A stretch of DNA of 64,000 nucleotides from Kiritimatiellia bacterium (GTDB lineage: Bacteria > Verrucomicrobiota > Kiritimatiellia > RFP12 > UBA1067), in the NCBI GenBank assembly GCA_050949565.1, contig JBMNFY010000015.1, forward strand, positions 1 through 64,000, written 5' to 3'. A program made the translations under genes and the position numbers. The stretch's first letter is position 1, and each line of letters opens with the position of its first letter. A model generated the notes under the pieces. That model made no database searches. It was not told where the DNA came from and saw only the letters and a list, made by a program, of their open reading frames with translations. Positions 46,418 through 55,211 of the stretch are shown one piece after another.

Positions 46418-47178
46418 GATTCCTGCTCCTGCTTAGACCGCACCGTTTCCGCGCACGGCGTCCCCGACTCCACGCTGCCAAAACGGCGATCGCGTACGGC
46501 ATAAGCCGCTAGCGCCGCCTGGAAATCCGCCTCCCGGAAATCCGGCCACAGCACTGGGGTCACGTAGAACTCGCTGTAGGCGCACTGCCACAGCAAAAAA
46601 TTACTGATGCGCAACTCGCCGCTCGTGCGGATGATCAGATCCGGGTCCGGCACGTCCGGCGCATCGAGGCGCGCGGCCACGACAGCCTCGTCGACCTCTT
46701 CCGGCGCGAGCGTTCCAGCCTTGACCTCTTCGGCAATGCGCCGCGCGGCACGTGCCAATTCGCTACGTCCACTGTAGCTGAGCGCGACGATGAGCTGGCG
46801 GTCGAACGTGGCGGTCGCGCGTTCGATACGTGCCAGCGCCTGCTGCAATGAGCTTGAGAGGTCTTCGCGCCGTCCGATCACACGCAAACGCACCCGGCGC
46901 TCGATCATCTCGCGCTCGTACTTGTCAATGAACGTGCGGAGCAATGTCATCAACCCCGACACCTCCGCCTGTGGACGCGACCAATTTTCGGTGCTGAAGG
47001 CATAAAGCGTGAGGTAATTGATCCCGGCATCACGGCAGTAATCGAGCACACAACGTACCGTCTCGGCACCGGCCTCATGTCCGGCGAGGCGCGGCTTTCC
47101 GCGCTGCCTGGCCCAGCGACCGTTGCCATCCATGATGATGGCAACATGCGCTGGCACTCTATTGGCTGGTTTTTCCAC
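46414..47178 (-). CDS. uppS: Undecaprenyl diphosphate synthase
   Basis: HVAIIMDGNGRWA, YAFSTENWSRP, DPDLIIRTSGELRISNFLLWQ. Confidence 0.97.
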   Translation of the reverse strand: MEKPANRVPAHVAIIMDGNGRWARQRGKPRLAGHEAGAETVRCVLDYCRDAGINYLTLYAFSTENWSRPQAEVSGLMTLLRTFIDKYEREMIERRVRLRVIGRREDLSSSLQQALARIERATATFDRQLIVALSYSGRSELARAARRIAEEVKAGTLAPEEVDEAVVAARLDAPDVPDPDLIIRTSGELRISNFLLWQCAYSEFYVTPVLWPDFREADFQAALAAYAVRDRRFGSVESGTPCAETVRSKQEQES

Positions 47179-47236
47179 CGTGCGACTTCCCGCCTTCCGC
47201 GTTTATGCGTTGAGGGTCCGCCCATCTCTTTAGTTT

Positions 47237-48517
47237 TTACAACCCGAGGCGCAACGTGGTCTCACGCGCCGGCCCAACAGAGAGGATGCCCAATCGGCCG
47301 CCGATCAGCGATACCAGGCGCTCAACGTAGGCGCGCGCCTTAATCGGAAGCTCCTCGTAACGCGTGCAGGTACTGGTCGATGTCATCCAACCCGGCATCT
47401 CCTCATAAACCGGCGTACAGCGCTCCAGAGTACTCAGATCCGCTGGGAAGGTCTCATAGCGTACACCGTCGTCGCGCTCGTATGCGGTACAGATTTTGAT
47501 GGTCGGCAGTTCGTCCAGCACGTCCAACTTGGTCATAGCCCAGAAATCTACGCCGTTGACCATGGCGGAGTAACGGCCCACGACCGCGTCAAACCAGCCG
47601 CAACGCCGGGGACGTCCGGTGGTCGTGCCGAACTCGCCACCCTTCTGGCGCAGATGCTCGCCGGTAGCGTCGGTCAATTCGGTGGGGAACGGTCCCGCGC
47701 CGACGCGCGTCGTGTAGCACTTGATCACGCCAACCACCCGGTCTATCCTGCGCGGCGAAAGCCCCGAGCCCGTGCAGGCACCGCCAGCCGAAGGATTGGA
47801 CGATGTCACAAAGGGATAGGTTCCGAAATCGATGTCCAGCATGGTGCCCTGCGCACCTTCCATTAAAATGCTCTTGCCGGCACGGTCAGCGGCATTCACA
47901 AGTGCCACCGTGTCCGCGATGTAGGGCTTCAGCGTCTCAGCCGCCTGCGTGTAGGCCGATACCGTCTCCTGCACGTCCAGCGTCGGCGCGCCCCGGCTTG
48001 CGAGGATCGTGTTCGCTTCTTCAACCCCGGACCGGACCTGATCCAGAAACCGGGGGCTCAGCATTTCGCCAACACGCAGGCCGACGCGGCTCATTTTGGA
48101 ACCGTAGGCCGGTCCGATACCGCGCCCCGTGGTGCCAATCTTACGCTCTTGCGAACGGCGCGCCTCGTCGGCCGCATCCAATGCACGATGCCAACGCATC
48201 ACCATGTGTGTGCGGTCGCTGATCGCCAGGCGGCCTTGCAAATCAAAGCCCCGCGCTTGCAAGCCTTCGATCTCCTGAATCAGGTCGAAGGGATCCATCA
48301 CCACACCGTTGCCAATCACGCACTGTTTGTCGGGATGCAGGATACCGGAAGGGATCAGATGCAGGACATACTTCTCGCCCTCCGCAATCACGGTGTGCCC
48401 GGCGTTGCTACCGCCTTGAAACCGTACAACCACATCCGCCTGTGACGTCAGGACATCAATCACCTTGCCCTTACCTTCGTCACCCCACTGCGCACCCACC
48501 AAAATCGTATTCGGCAT
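47237..48517 (-). CDS. purA: Adenylosuccinate synthase
   Basis: QWGDEGKGK, GGSNAGHT, IGTTGRGIGPAY, EGAQG..LD.DFGTYPFVTSS, TTGRPRRCGW. Confidence 0.98.
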   Translation of the reverse strand: MPNTILVGAQWGDEGKGKVIDVLTSQADVVVRFQGGSNAGHTVIAEGEKYVLHLIPSGILHPDKQCVIGNGVVMDPFDLIQEIEGLQARGFDLQGRLAISDRTHMVMRWHRALDAADEARRSQERKIGTTGRGIGPAYGSKMSRVGLRVGEMLSPRFLDQVRSGVEEANTILASRGAPTLDVQETVSAYTQAAETLKPYIADTVALVNAADRAGKSILMEGAQGTMLDIDFGTYPFVTSSNPSAGGACTGSGLSPRRIDRVVGVIKCYTTRVGAGPFPTELTDATGEHLRQKGGEFGTTTGRPRRCGWFDAVVGRYSAMVNGVDFWAMTKLDVLDELPTIKICTAYERDDGVRYETFPADLSTLERCTPVYEEMPGWMTSTSTCTRYEELPIKARAYVERLVSLIGGRLGILSVGPARETTLRLGL

Positions 48518-48547
48518 AAAAACTCCCAATGAACGGTCTACCGGCCG

Positions 48548-49948
48548 CTATAGCCTTTTGTGAACAACAGCCGTAGAGTGTACCCTATTCTGTGCGGTCG
48601 GGGCAACCTTTCGCTGCACCTTTCGCTGCACCTCTGCACCTTTCGCTGCACCTTTCGCTGCATCATGTTCCAGCAGCCAGCGCCAGAGTGGCACGATGCG
48701 GACACCATCGCGCTCGCCTTCCTCGTTCCATGTGACCAGCGTGCGTCCGGCTTTCGGATGCAAGGGCAGGGCGTCAGCCAGCCCTCGGAATTCCCTGGCG
48801 GCAGTCTCTGCGTCCGCCAGCGACCAGCACGCCTGCACGAATTGCCATCCGTCTCCGTCTTTATAGACAAAGTCGACGCCGGTCTTCTGCGGTGTCACGA
48901 CATAATCCGGACAAAAACCGCCGGCTCTCAACGTCGTGAAGACCACGCCTTCAAGCGCCGCGCCCCTGTCGCCCGTGATCCCCGAAGAGAAGGCCCGACA
49001 CAACCCCGTGTCAGCAGCATATACCTTTTTTGGATTGACCTGCCTCCGGTTCAATGACCGGTCATGTACTTCCACAGGAAAGCAGAAAAAGGCATCATGC
49101 AGATGATCCAGTACGTCGAACAACAAATTCTTGCCGCACGCGATGCCTGCCTGCGAAAACGTCGCCGCAAGCCGCGTCACGCTCAAAAGCTGTCCGGGAT
49201 TCTGCACGATGTGACGCGCAAGAGCCTTTACCGCCGCATAGTTCCCCAACCCGTGCCGTTCGATCACGTCACGCAGGATCACCACGTCCGCATATTCCTG
49301 AAGCACTGTCCGCCAGATGTCCTCTTCGCATTTCTGGACTTCAGGAAACCCCCCCGTGCGCAGGTAACCTTCCGCCGCCTTCGCCAGCGCGTAACGGTCG
49401 CGGTCGCCGTAGACCGACCGCTCCGGCACATGCACGTCCTGAAATCGGCAGTACTCGCAGAATGACAACGGGAACACCTCGGTAGCCAGCGACCGCCCGC
49501 GCATGGCCGTACCGATCTCCCGGCTTAAAAGCTTCGCCGAAGAGCCGGTCAGCATGACCTCCACCCGCTCATTGTCTAGAATGCGCCGGATGAACAGTTC
49601 CCACTGGTCGACTCGCTGGATCTCGTCGAAGAAAAACCAGCAGGTCTGTTCCTTGAGCGCAGGATTGGCACCGTAAAAAGCTTCGACAATCCACTGCAGG
49701 TCGCCTACCCGCACATGCGCAAGGCGGTCGTCCTCAAAATTCAGATATAGCAGCCGCTCGCGCGCCACCCCCGCGGCCAACAGCTCGCGCATGGTCTGAA
49801 AACAGAGCGATGTCTTACCTGTCCGCCGCATGCCGGTCAGCACGGAAACCTTACCCGCCATCTTTTTAATGCAGATATCACGCGGCACCGTCTCGGGTAT
49901 CCGCCGCGTCAACGCCTCGCCCACCAGCCTTTCAATCACCGTTCTCAT
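48548..49948 (-). CDS. ATP-binding protein, AAA_14 + DUF4143 type (second copy), with a repeat-derived C-terminal extension
   Basis: GMRRTGKT, LNFEDDR, FFDEIQ, TGSSAKLLSREI.T.MRGR, GGFPE, KVY.ADTG, VDF, VPLWRWLL. Confidence 0.92.
   Translation of the reverse strand: MRTVIERLVGEALTRRIPETVPRDICIKKMAGKVSVLTGMRRTGKTSLCFQTMRELLAAGVARERLLYLNFEDDRLAHVRVGDLQWIVEAFYGANPALKEQTCWFFFDEIQRVDQWELFIRRILDNERVEVMLTGSSAKLLSREIGTAMRGRSLATEVFPLSFCEYCRFQDVHVPERSVYGDRDRYALAKAAEGYLRTGGFPEVQKCEEDIWRTVLQEYADVVILRDVIERHGLGNYAAVKALARHIVQNPGQLLSVTRLAATFSQAGIACGKNLLFDVLDHLHDAFFCFPVEVHDRSLNRRQVNPKKVYAADTGLCRAFSSGITGDRGAALEGVVFTTLRAGGFCPDYVVTPQKTGVDFVYKDGDGWQFVQACWSLADAETAAREFRGLADALPLHPKAGRTLVTWNEEGERDGVRIVPLWRWLLEHDAAKGAAKGAEVQRKVQRKVAPTAQNRVHSTAVVHKRL
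48607..48662. repeat. 12-bp tandem repeat (cacctttcgctg), about 4 copies with one truncated unit between them
   Basis: Read directly from the sequence. Confidence 0.9.
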
Positions 49949-50099
49949 GGTGACAATATATCTCTCTTTCAGGTACGGTTTCAAGCAAAACCGTCTTTTT
50001 TTGAAAGATACTTTTTCCGCCGCCGCGCTGCGAGTATCCCTGCGGGGCACAGCCGCGCTGCGCGCGGAAGGGCTCTTTTCTGGGCTGTCTCCTCGCACA

Positions 50100-50220
50100 C
50101 CACCATTGCATGTCCTGTGCGCTCCCGACGCTCGCCCTCCCGCCCGTTTTTACACTCATCATTGCGACCAGCCCTGCCTCCTAAAAAAACTCTGCGTCTC
50201 TGCGTCTCTGCGTTAAAAAT
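50100..50220. repeat. Repeat module related to 19660-19800 (reverse orientation)
   Basis: cgcccgtttttacactcatcattgcgacca.ccctgcc followed by ctctgcgtctctgcgtctctgcgttaaaa. Confidence 0.85.
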
Positions 50221-50251
50221 CGAGCATCGCCCTCTCAAAGACCTCGTCGTT

Positions 50252-51034
50252 TTAGGAGCGGCCCCGGATCTTTCCTGTGACCAGATACGCGCGGTACGCC
50301 CAGTATCCGATAAGCTCCTTCTGGACTGCTGAACTCTTGTTGAGACAGTCGGCTGTCGGCAAATAATAGGTTAAGCATGAAGGGGAGAGCATGCCGCGCG
50401 TCGACAGTGCTTCGTAGTCCGTGGCGGCCGGTATCGCCTCCACACCCATGTGTTTGAAAACCAGCAGCGAACGCCGCATGTGCCACGCCGAGGTGACCAG
50501 AAGGACGCGTTTGGCTTTGATCTCCTTGAGCTTTTCGCGCGTGAACAGGCTGTTTTGATAGGTGTTTTTGCTGTCGGTCTCCAGCACGATTTTATCTGCA
50601 GGCACCTTGAGATCAATCAGGAACCGGCGCATGCCGGGGCCCTCGCCGACGCCCGAAAAAAGGATCAACGGCGCTCGACCCGCATGGTAACAGCGCGCCG
50701 CGTGCCAGCCGCGGTCAGCCGCAGTGGTCAGATCGGCATCGGGCGTCAGGTGCGTCGGCGATTTGATGCCGCCGCCCAGTACGACGATTGCGTCGGCGCG
50801 CGGCAACGACTCCGGCTTGGCCGGGGGATAGGCCCGCTCCAACGCGCCGCCGATCAGAATGAAGAACCACGGCGACGCCCAGACCCACAGCCACACCACC
50901 GACAGCGCCAACGCCCACAGGCCGCGCCGCAGATGATCACGCCATACCCAGTAGCCGCCCAGCAGCACGCCGAACACCGCCAGCGTCAACGGGCTCAAAA
51001 ACCAAGTGATGAACTTCATCAAATTGAATAACAC
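50252..51034 (-). CDS. YdcF/ElyC-like (DUF218) membrane protein
   Basis: DAIVVLGGG, SG.GEG..M, E.DSKNTYQN, LVTSAWHMRRS, KE.IG. Confidence 0.9.
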   Translation of the reverse strand: MLFNLMKFITWFLSPLTLAVFGVLLGGYWVWRDHLRRGLWALALSVVWLWVWASPWFFILIGGALERAYPPAKPESLPRADAIVVLGGGIKSPTHLTPDADLTTAADRGWHAARCYHAGRAPLILFSGVGEGPGMRRFLIDLKVPADKIVLETDSKNTYQNSLFTREKLKEIKAKRVLLVTSAWHMRRSLLVFKHMGVEAIPAATDYEALSTRGMLSPSCLTYYLPTADCLNKSSAVQKELIGYWAYRAYLVTGKIRGRS

Positions 51035-51037
51035 GGT

Positions 51038-51454
51038 CTACTCCCCGATGATCTTGACCAGTACGCGCTTGTTACGCAACCCGTCGAATTCACCGTAAAA
51101 AATCTGCTCCCACGGCCCGAAGTCCAGCCGACCTTCGGTCACCGCCACGACCACCTCGCGGCCCATAATCTGCCGTTTCAGATGCGCATCGGCGTTGTCC
51201 TCCGCGCCGTTGTGCGCGTACTGGCTGTGCGGCTTTTCCGGCGCCAACTGCTCCAGCCAGTGCTCGAAATCGGCGTGCAGCCCTCGTTCATCATCGTTGA
51301 TAAACACACTTGCCGTAATGTGCATGGCGTTGACCAGACAGAGTCCTTCACGGATTCCGCTCTCACGCAGGCACGCATCCACTTCCGGCGTGATGTTAAT
51401 GTACGCCCGTCGGCTCGGCGCCTTGAACCACAACTCCTTGCGAAAACTTTTCAT
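51038..51454 (-). CDS. yjbQ: YjbQ / UPF0047 family protein
   Basis: [15 protein letters not shown]...[25 protein letters not shown]. Confidence 0.93.
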   Translation of the reverse strand: MKSFRKELWFKAPSRRAYINITPEVDACLRESGIREGLCLVNAMHITASVFINDDERGLHADFEHWLEQLAPEKPHSQYAHNGAEDNADAHLKRQIMGREVVVAVTEGRLDFGPWEQIFYGEFDGLRNKRVLVKIIGE

Positions 51455-53406
51455 TTCTCATCCTCCTTCTCATGCTGCGTCTGTGGTGCGGCTTTCGCCT
51501 CGCACAACAATTTCTCCTCACACGCCCAAAGCAGCACGCACAAACCCGCCTCGCTCAGCACGCGCACCACATGCGCTTGTTTCGCTTCGTCCATCAGGCA
51601 GGTGATAATTACGCCATCTACCTGCTGCTGGGGCAACCACTCGTCTAAGCGGTCGAAACCGCCGATCACCCGGTGTCCGGAGATGATCCGACCGCGCAGG
51701 TTGATGTCATCATCGATGATCCCAATAATGACCCGATCGTTCAATCCGGGGCGCACCCGCAACTCTCGCAGATAGCTTCTGAAGCGGATGCCGCCTCCGT
51801 AGGCCAGCAGGCGTTTCACGTCGGGCTTCTTGAACAGGATCTTCCGTTCCAAAGACTGTGTCAGGCCACTCACGCTGTCGCGCCACAGGCGGATCGCACA
51901 CAGCGGAATCATAGCTTGTGTGCCGAATAACAGCGTAAAGCGGCCCACATGCGGATGCTCCGCGCTGAACAGCCAAACCAGTCCGGCACCGATGGCGGCT
52001 CCCGCCGCCACGGCCACGCCGAGAATCGCAAAATCGCGGATCTGCGCCCGCGACCAGACACGCTGATAGACCTTCGCCACCACCAGCAGCACAAACACCG
52101 GCACCACATAACGCGGCAGGTCGGAAAGGAATGCCGCGCGGGAAAGCGGCAACCCCGTCTCCCAGCGCGCCAGCACCCACACCCCGCACAGCAGCAGCAC
52201 GTCCAATACGATATAGCACGGCACCAGTAGCCCTTGACGTATCGTTTTTCGCGTGCCAGAGAGCAACCGCCCCGTATCCCACAGTTCCACGCTCTCCAGG
52301 TGGCGCGCCACCACCGCAATCGCCACCACGAATGCGATCAGGAAAAGCCCCGGCGCACGCCCCTTCAGCAACGTGCCGATCAGCCCGAGCGCCACCAGTG
52401 CCACGCTTATCGTGTAGAGCATCACCGCCACGCTGCGCTGATTCATCGTCTGGCGCAGCAGCCGGTGGTGCAGATGGTCGCGGTCAGGCTGCATCACCCG
52501 CACACGGCCGCCCATTCCTCTGAGCGGCTGCGGCATCAGCGATCTGACCGACCGCCGCCAGATCGCCAGCATCGTATCGAAAATCGGTACGCCCATCGCC
52601 AGCAGCGGCATCCCAAGCGACGCCACCAACTCTTTGCGCGAGCCGCTCACTAACGGCAACGTCGCAATACATAGCCCCAGAAACATGCTACCCGAATCGC
52701 CAAGAAACACGGTAGCGGGATGGAAGTTATAGCGCAAAAACCCTAGACACGCACCGCACAACACCAAATAGGGCAGCGTTGCTGACGAGTTTCCGGTGAA
52801 CAGCAGCGCGCCCGCCAAGCCCGCCGAAGCGATCACCGCCAGCCCCGTCGCCAGCCCGTCCATGCCGTCAATCAGATTGAACGCATTCACCGCCCCGACA
52901 ATCCACAGCACCGTGACCAGACAATCCAGCCACGGCGGGAACGCCACCACGATTCCGCCCACATGCACCCCGGATGCATACAGGATCAGTGCCACCGCCG
53001 TCTGCCCGGCCAGCTTGACCATCGGGCGCATGCCGAATTTGTCATCGATGAGACCAATCACCACCAGCAGACCGGACGCCAGCAGAAAGCTCCGCTGCCA
53101 GTGGAGAGAAAACTGCTGACTGATCGGTTCGCCCGTCCATAGGACCAGCAACTCCAATGTCACATAAAAGGCTACAAAGATCGCGAGCCCGCCGCCGCGC
53201 GGTATTGGCACCTTGTTGATGCGGCGCGCACTCGGCTGGTCGACCATCCCGACCTTGCGCGCCGCCTCACGCAGTAGCGGCGTCAGCAGCAGCGAGATCG
53301 CCAACGCGCCGCCGAAGGCCGCCGCATACTTGACGCCGTCCGTCGCGATGCGCGCGATCACGTTCTCCGACGCCCTAACCCAATCTGTGACCCAATTGAC
53401 CGTCAT
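51451..53406 (-). CDS. WecA/MraY-family polyprenyl-phosphate sugar-1-P transferase fused to a CapD-N/CoA-binding-like region
   Basis: [47 protein letters not shown], then VYQRVWS..LLAYGGG..GIIDDD..GR.I.G. Confidence 0.88.
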   Translation of the reverse strand: MTVNWVTDWVRASENVIARIATDGVKYAAAFGGALAISLLLTPLLREAARKVGMVDQPSARRINKVPIPRGGGLAIFVAFYVTLELLVLWTGEPISQQFSLHWQRSFLLASGLLVVIGLIDDKFGMRPMVKLAGQTAVALILYASGVHVGGIVVAFPPWLDCLVTVLWIVGAVNAFNLIDGMDGLATGLAVIASAGLAGALLFTGNSSATLPYLVLCGACLGFLRYNFHPATVFLGDSGSMFLGLCIATLPLVSGSRKELVASLGMPLLAMGVPIFDTMLAIWRRSVRSLMPQPLRGMGGRVRVMQPDRDHLHHRLLRQTMNQRSVAVMLYTISVALVALGLIGTLLKGRAPGLFLIAFVVAIAVVARHLESVELWDTGRLLSGTRKTIRQGLLVPCYIVLDVLLLCGVWVLARWETGLPLSRAAFLSDLPRYVVPVFVLLVVAKVYQRVWSRAQIRDFAILGVAVAAGAAIGAGLVWLFSAEHPHVGRFTLLFGTQAMIPLCAIRLWRDSVSGLTQSLERKILFKKPDVKRLLAYGGGIRFRSYLRELRVRPGLNDRVIIGIIDDDINLRGRIISGHRVIGGFDRLDEWLPQQQVDGVIITCLMDEAKQAHVVRVLSEAGLCVLLWACEEKLLCEAKAAPQTQHEKEDEK

Positions 53407-55211
53407 TCGCCATCCCTGCCTTGTTCGAGCACGACTTGAGGGTACAACTCGGACAAAAACGCTTCGAACCGTTCGATCCCCTCGGGCGAATCGAGCCCCG
53501 ACAACACATTCACCGCGATCATGACCCACCGGTTGATCCGGTTGTGGATCGAGCGGTCCCACACATCCAGCAGGATACGCTCGGCGTGCGAGCAACACTC
53601 GCGGTCATGACTCAAAAACCAGTATACCAAGCTCATGCGCGCCCCGCCAGAACGTTGCGCGTTGATCCGGCGCACCTCCAAACTCTTTCCGTCAGCCAAC
53701 TTAAGCGGCACGCGCGCCGCATCCAGCATCGCGAACCCCTGCGCGGGCAGGCACAACTCCGCGCGGTGGATGCTGTTGCGCTGCCGTCCCCCCACTACCA
53801 CGCTCACCGCATAGACCAGTCCGTCTGGCGACCGGTAATTCCGTTTGATGATCACGGTGTCCTTGGGCAGGTCACTCCACTCGCCCAGCGAAACCGACGC
53901 CATCTTCCCGCCGCACCTAGGACAAACAAAACCCTCTGCCCCGCGCTTTAGCGTCGACTCCTCTGCCATCGCTAAGCATTGCGGATCGTGGCAAAACCAC
54001 GGCGCCTCGCCCGCAAACTCACCCACACGCGCCGGCAACTCTGACGCCACACACGAGGAGGTGTCAAACACCGGCGGCGGCATCGACAGATTCGCCGCAA
54101 ACACCGCCAGCACCACCGCACACACCCCCACCACGATCCCTATTCCCCACCTATCACTTCGACATTCGGCGTTCGGCGTTCGGCGTTCTTCCCGTACAGG
54201 CTGTGAGGCTGTAAGGCTGTGAGGCTGTAAGGCTCTTTCCTTCTGAGTTCTGAGTTCTGAGTTCCGCGTTCCGCGTTTCGCGTCCTCACCACCACCTATT
54301 ACCTCCCCCCTATTACCTATTACCTCCTCCTTATTACTTATTACCTCACTACTTATTACCTCTCCCTTCTTCCTTCTCCCCTTAATCCATTCTCCCGCCT
54401 GCACCATCAGCAGCACGCCCACCAGAAACACCACATATCCAGAGTAGTCATGATAGTACCCGGTGGCCACCTGCTGCCCGAACCACGCGGCCACTACGCA
54501 GATCGACATGATACGCACCATGTTGCCGATCATCGCGATCGGCAGCGAGCAGGCGAAGAGCAGCCACTTGCGCCATGTTTCCCGCAACGTAAAATGGGCA
54601 TATGCCGCCGTGAGAGCCATCATCGCGAACAGCGAGCGGATACCGCTACACGGATCCGCCACATCTACATTGAACTCGGCACCGGGCACCCGCGAATAGA
54701 GCGCCGTACCCGACCGCTCCACCGCCAGCCCCACACCGTTCAGCAGGCCAGTCGCGAGCGACGTCGAAAAGATACGTAGATGGATCGTGAAAAAATCGAG
54801 GAAAGACGACACCGGGATCGTGAAGCACAGAAACGCCGCCGGAAAGCGCATCAGCCGCTCTACGCCGCGTCCCCAGAAGGCGTACGGCAACGCCCACACC
54901 AGACCGATGAACGACACCTGCTCCATGCGCGACTGCCCGCCACGCCCGCCGAACCAGGCAATCACCAGAAAAACCATCACCCATGCCACGCCCACCAGAC
55001 TCGGCGCCCCCGCCGCCGCCCGTAGCGCGTCGCGCTGCCGCCACAGCACCGCCAAGCTGACGAACGGCACCAGCCAGCCATGCGACATGTCCTCGATTGG
55101 AGACGCGAACATCACCATCGTGAAGTCGAACATGTAGCGGTAGTTGAACACCGCCGCCACTGCGATCAGCGCCAACGCCGCCCACCGTATCCAGTTGAGC
55201 CGCTTCGTCAC
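53403..55211 (-). CDS. Exosortase fused to an EpsI-like domain
   Basis: SHG..VP, VADPCSGIRSL, NMVRI, YHD (Cys/Arg/His triad). C-terminal SIHRAELCLPAQG and YWF. Confidence 0.88.
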   Translation of the reverse strand: MTKRLNWIRWAALALIAVAAVFNYRYMFDFTMVMFASPIEDMSHGWLVPFVSLAVLWRQRDALRAAAGAPSLVGVAWVMVFLVIAWFGGRGGQSRMEQVSFIGLVWALPYAFWGRGVERLMRFPAAFLCFTIPVSSFLDFFTIHLRIFSTSLATGLLNGVGLAVERSGTALYSRVPGAEFNVDVADPCSGIRSLFAMMALTAAYAHFTLRETWRKWLLFACSLPIAMIGNMVRIMSICVVAAWFGQQVATGYYHDYSGYVVFLVGVLLMVQAGEWIKGRRKKGEVISSEVISNKEEVIGNRGEVIGGGEDAKRGTRNSELRTQKERALQPHSLTASQPVREERRTPNAECRSDRWGIGIVVGVCAVVLAVFAANLSMPPPVFDTSSCVASELPARVGEFAGEAPWFCHDPQCLAMAEESTLKRGAEGFVCPRCGGKMASVSLGEWSDLPKDTVIIKRNYRSPDGLVYAVSVVVGGRQRNSIHRAELCLPAQGFAMLDAARVPLKLADGKSLEVRRINAQRSGGARMSLVYWFLSHDRECCSHAERILLDVWDRSIHNRINRWVMIAVNVLSGLDSPEGIERFEAFLSELYPQVVLEQGRDGE

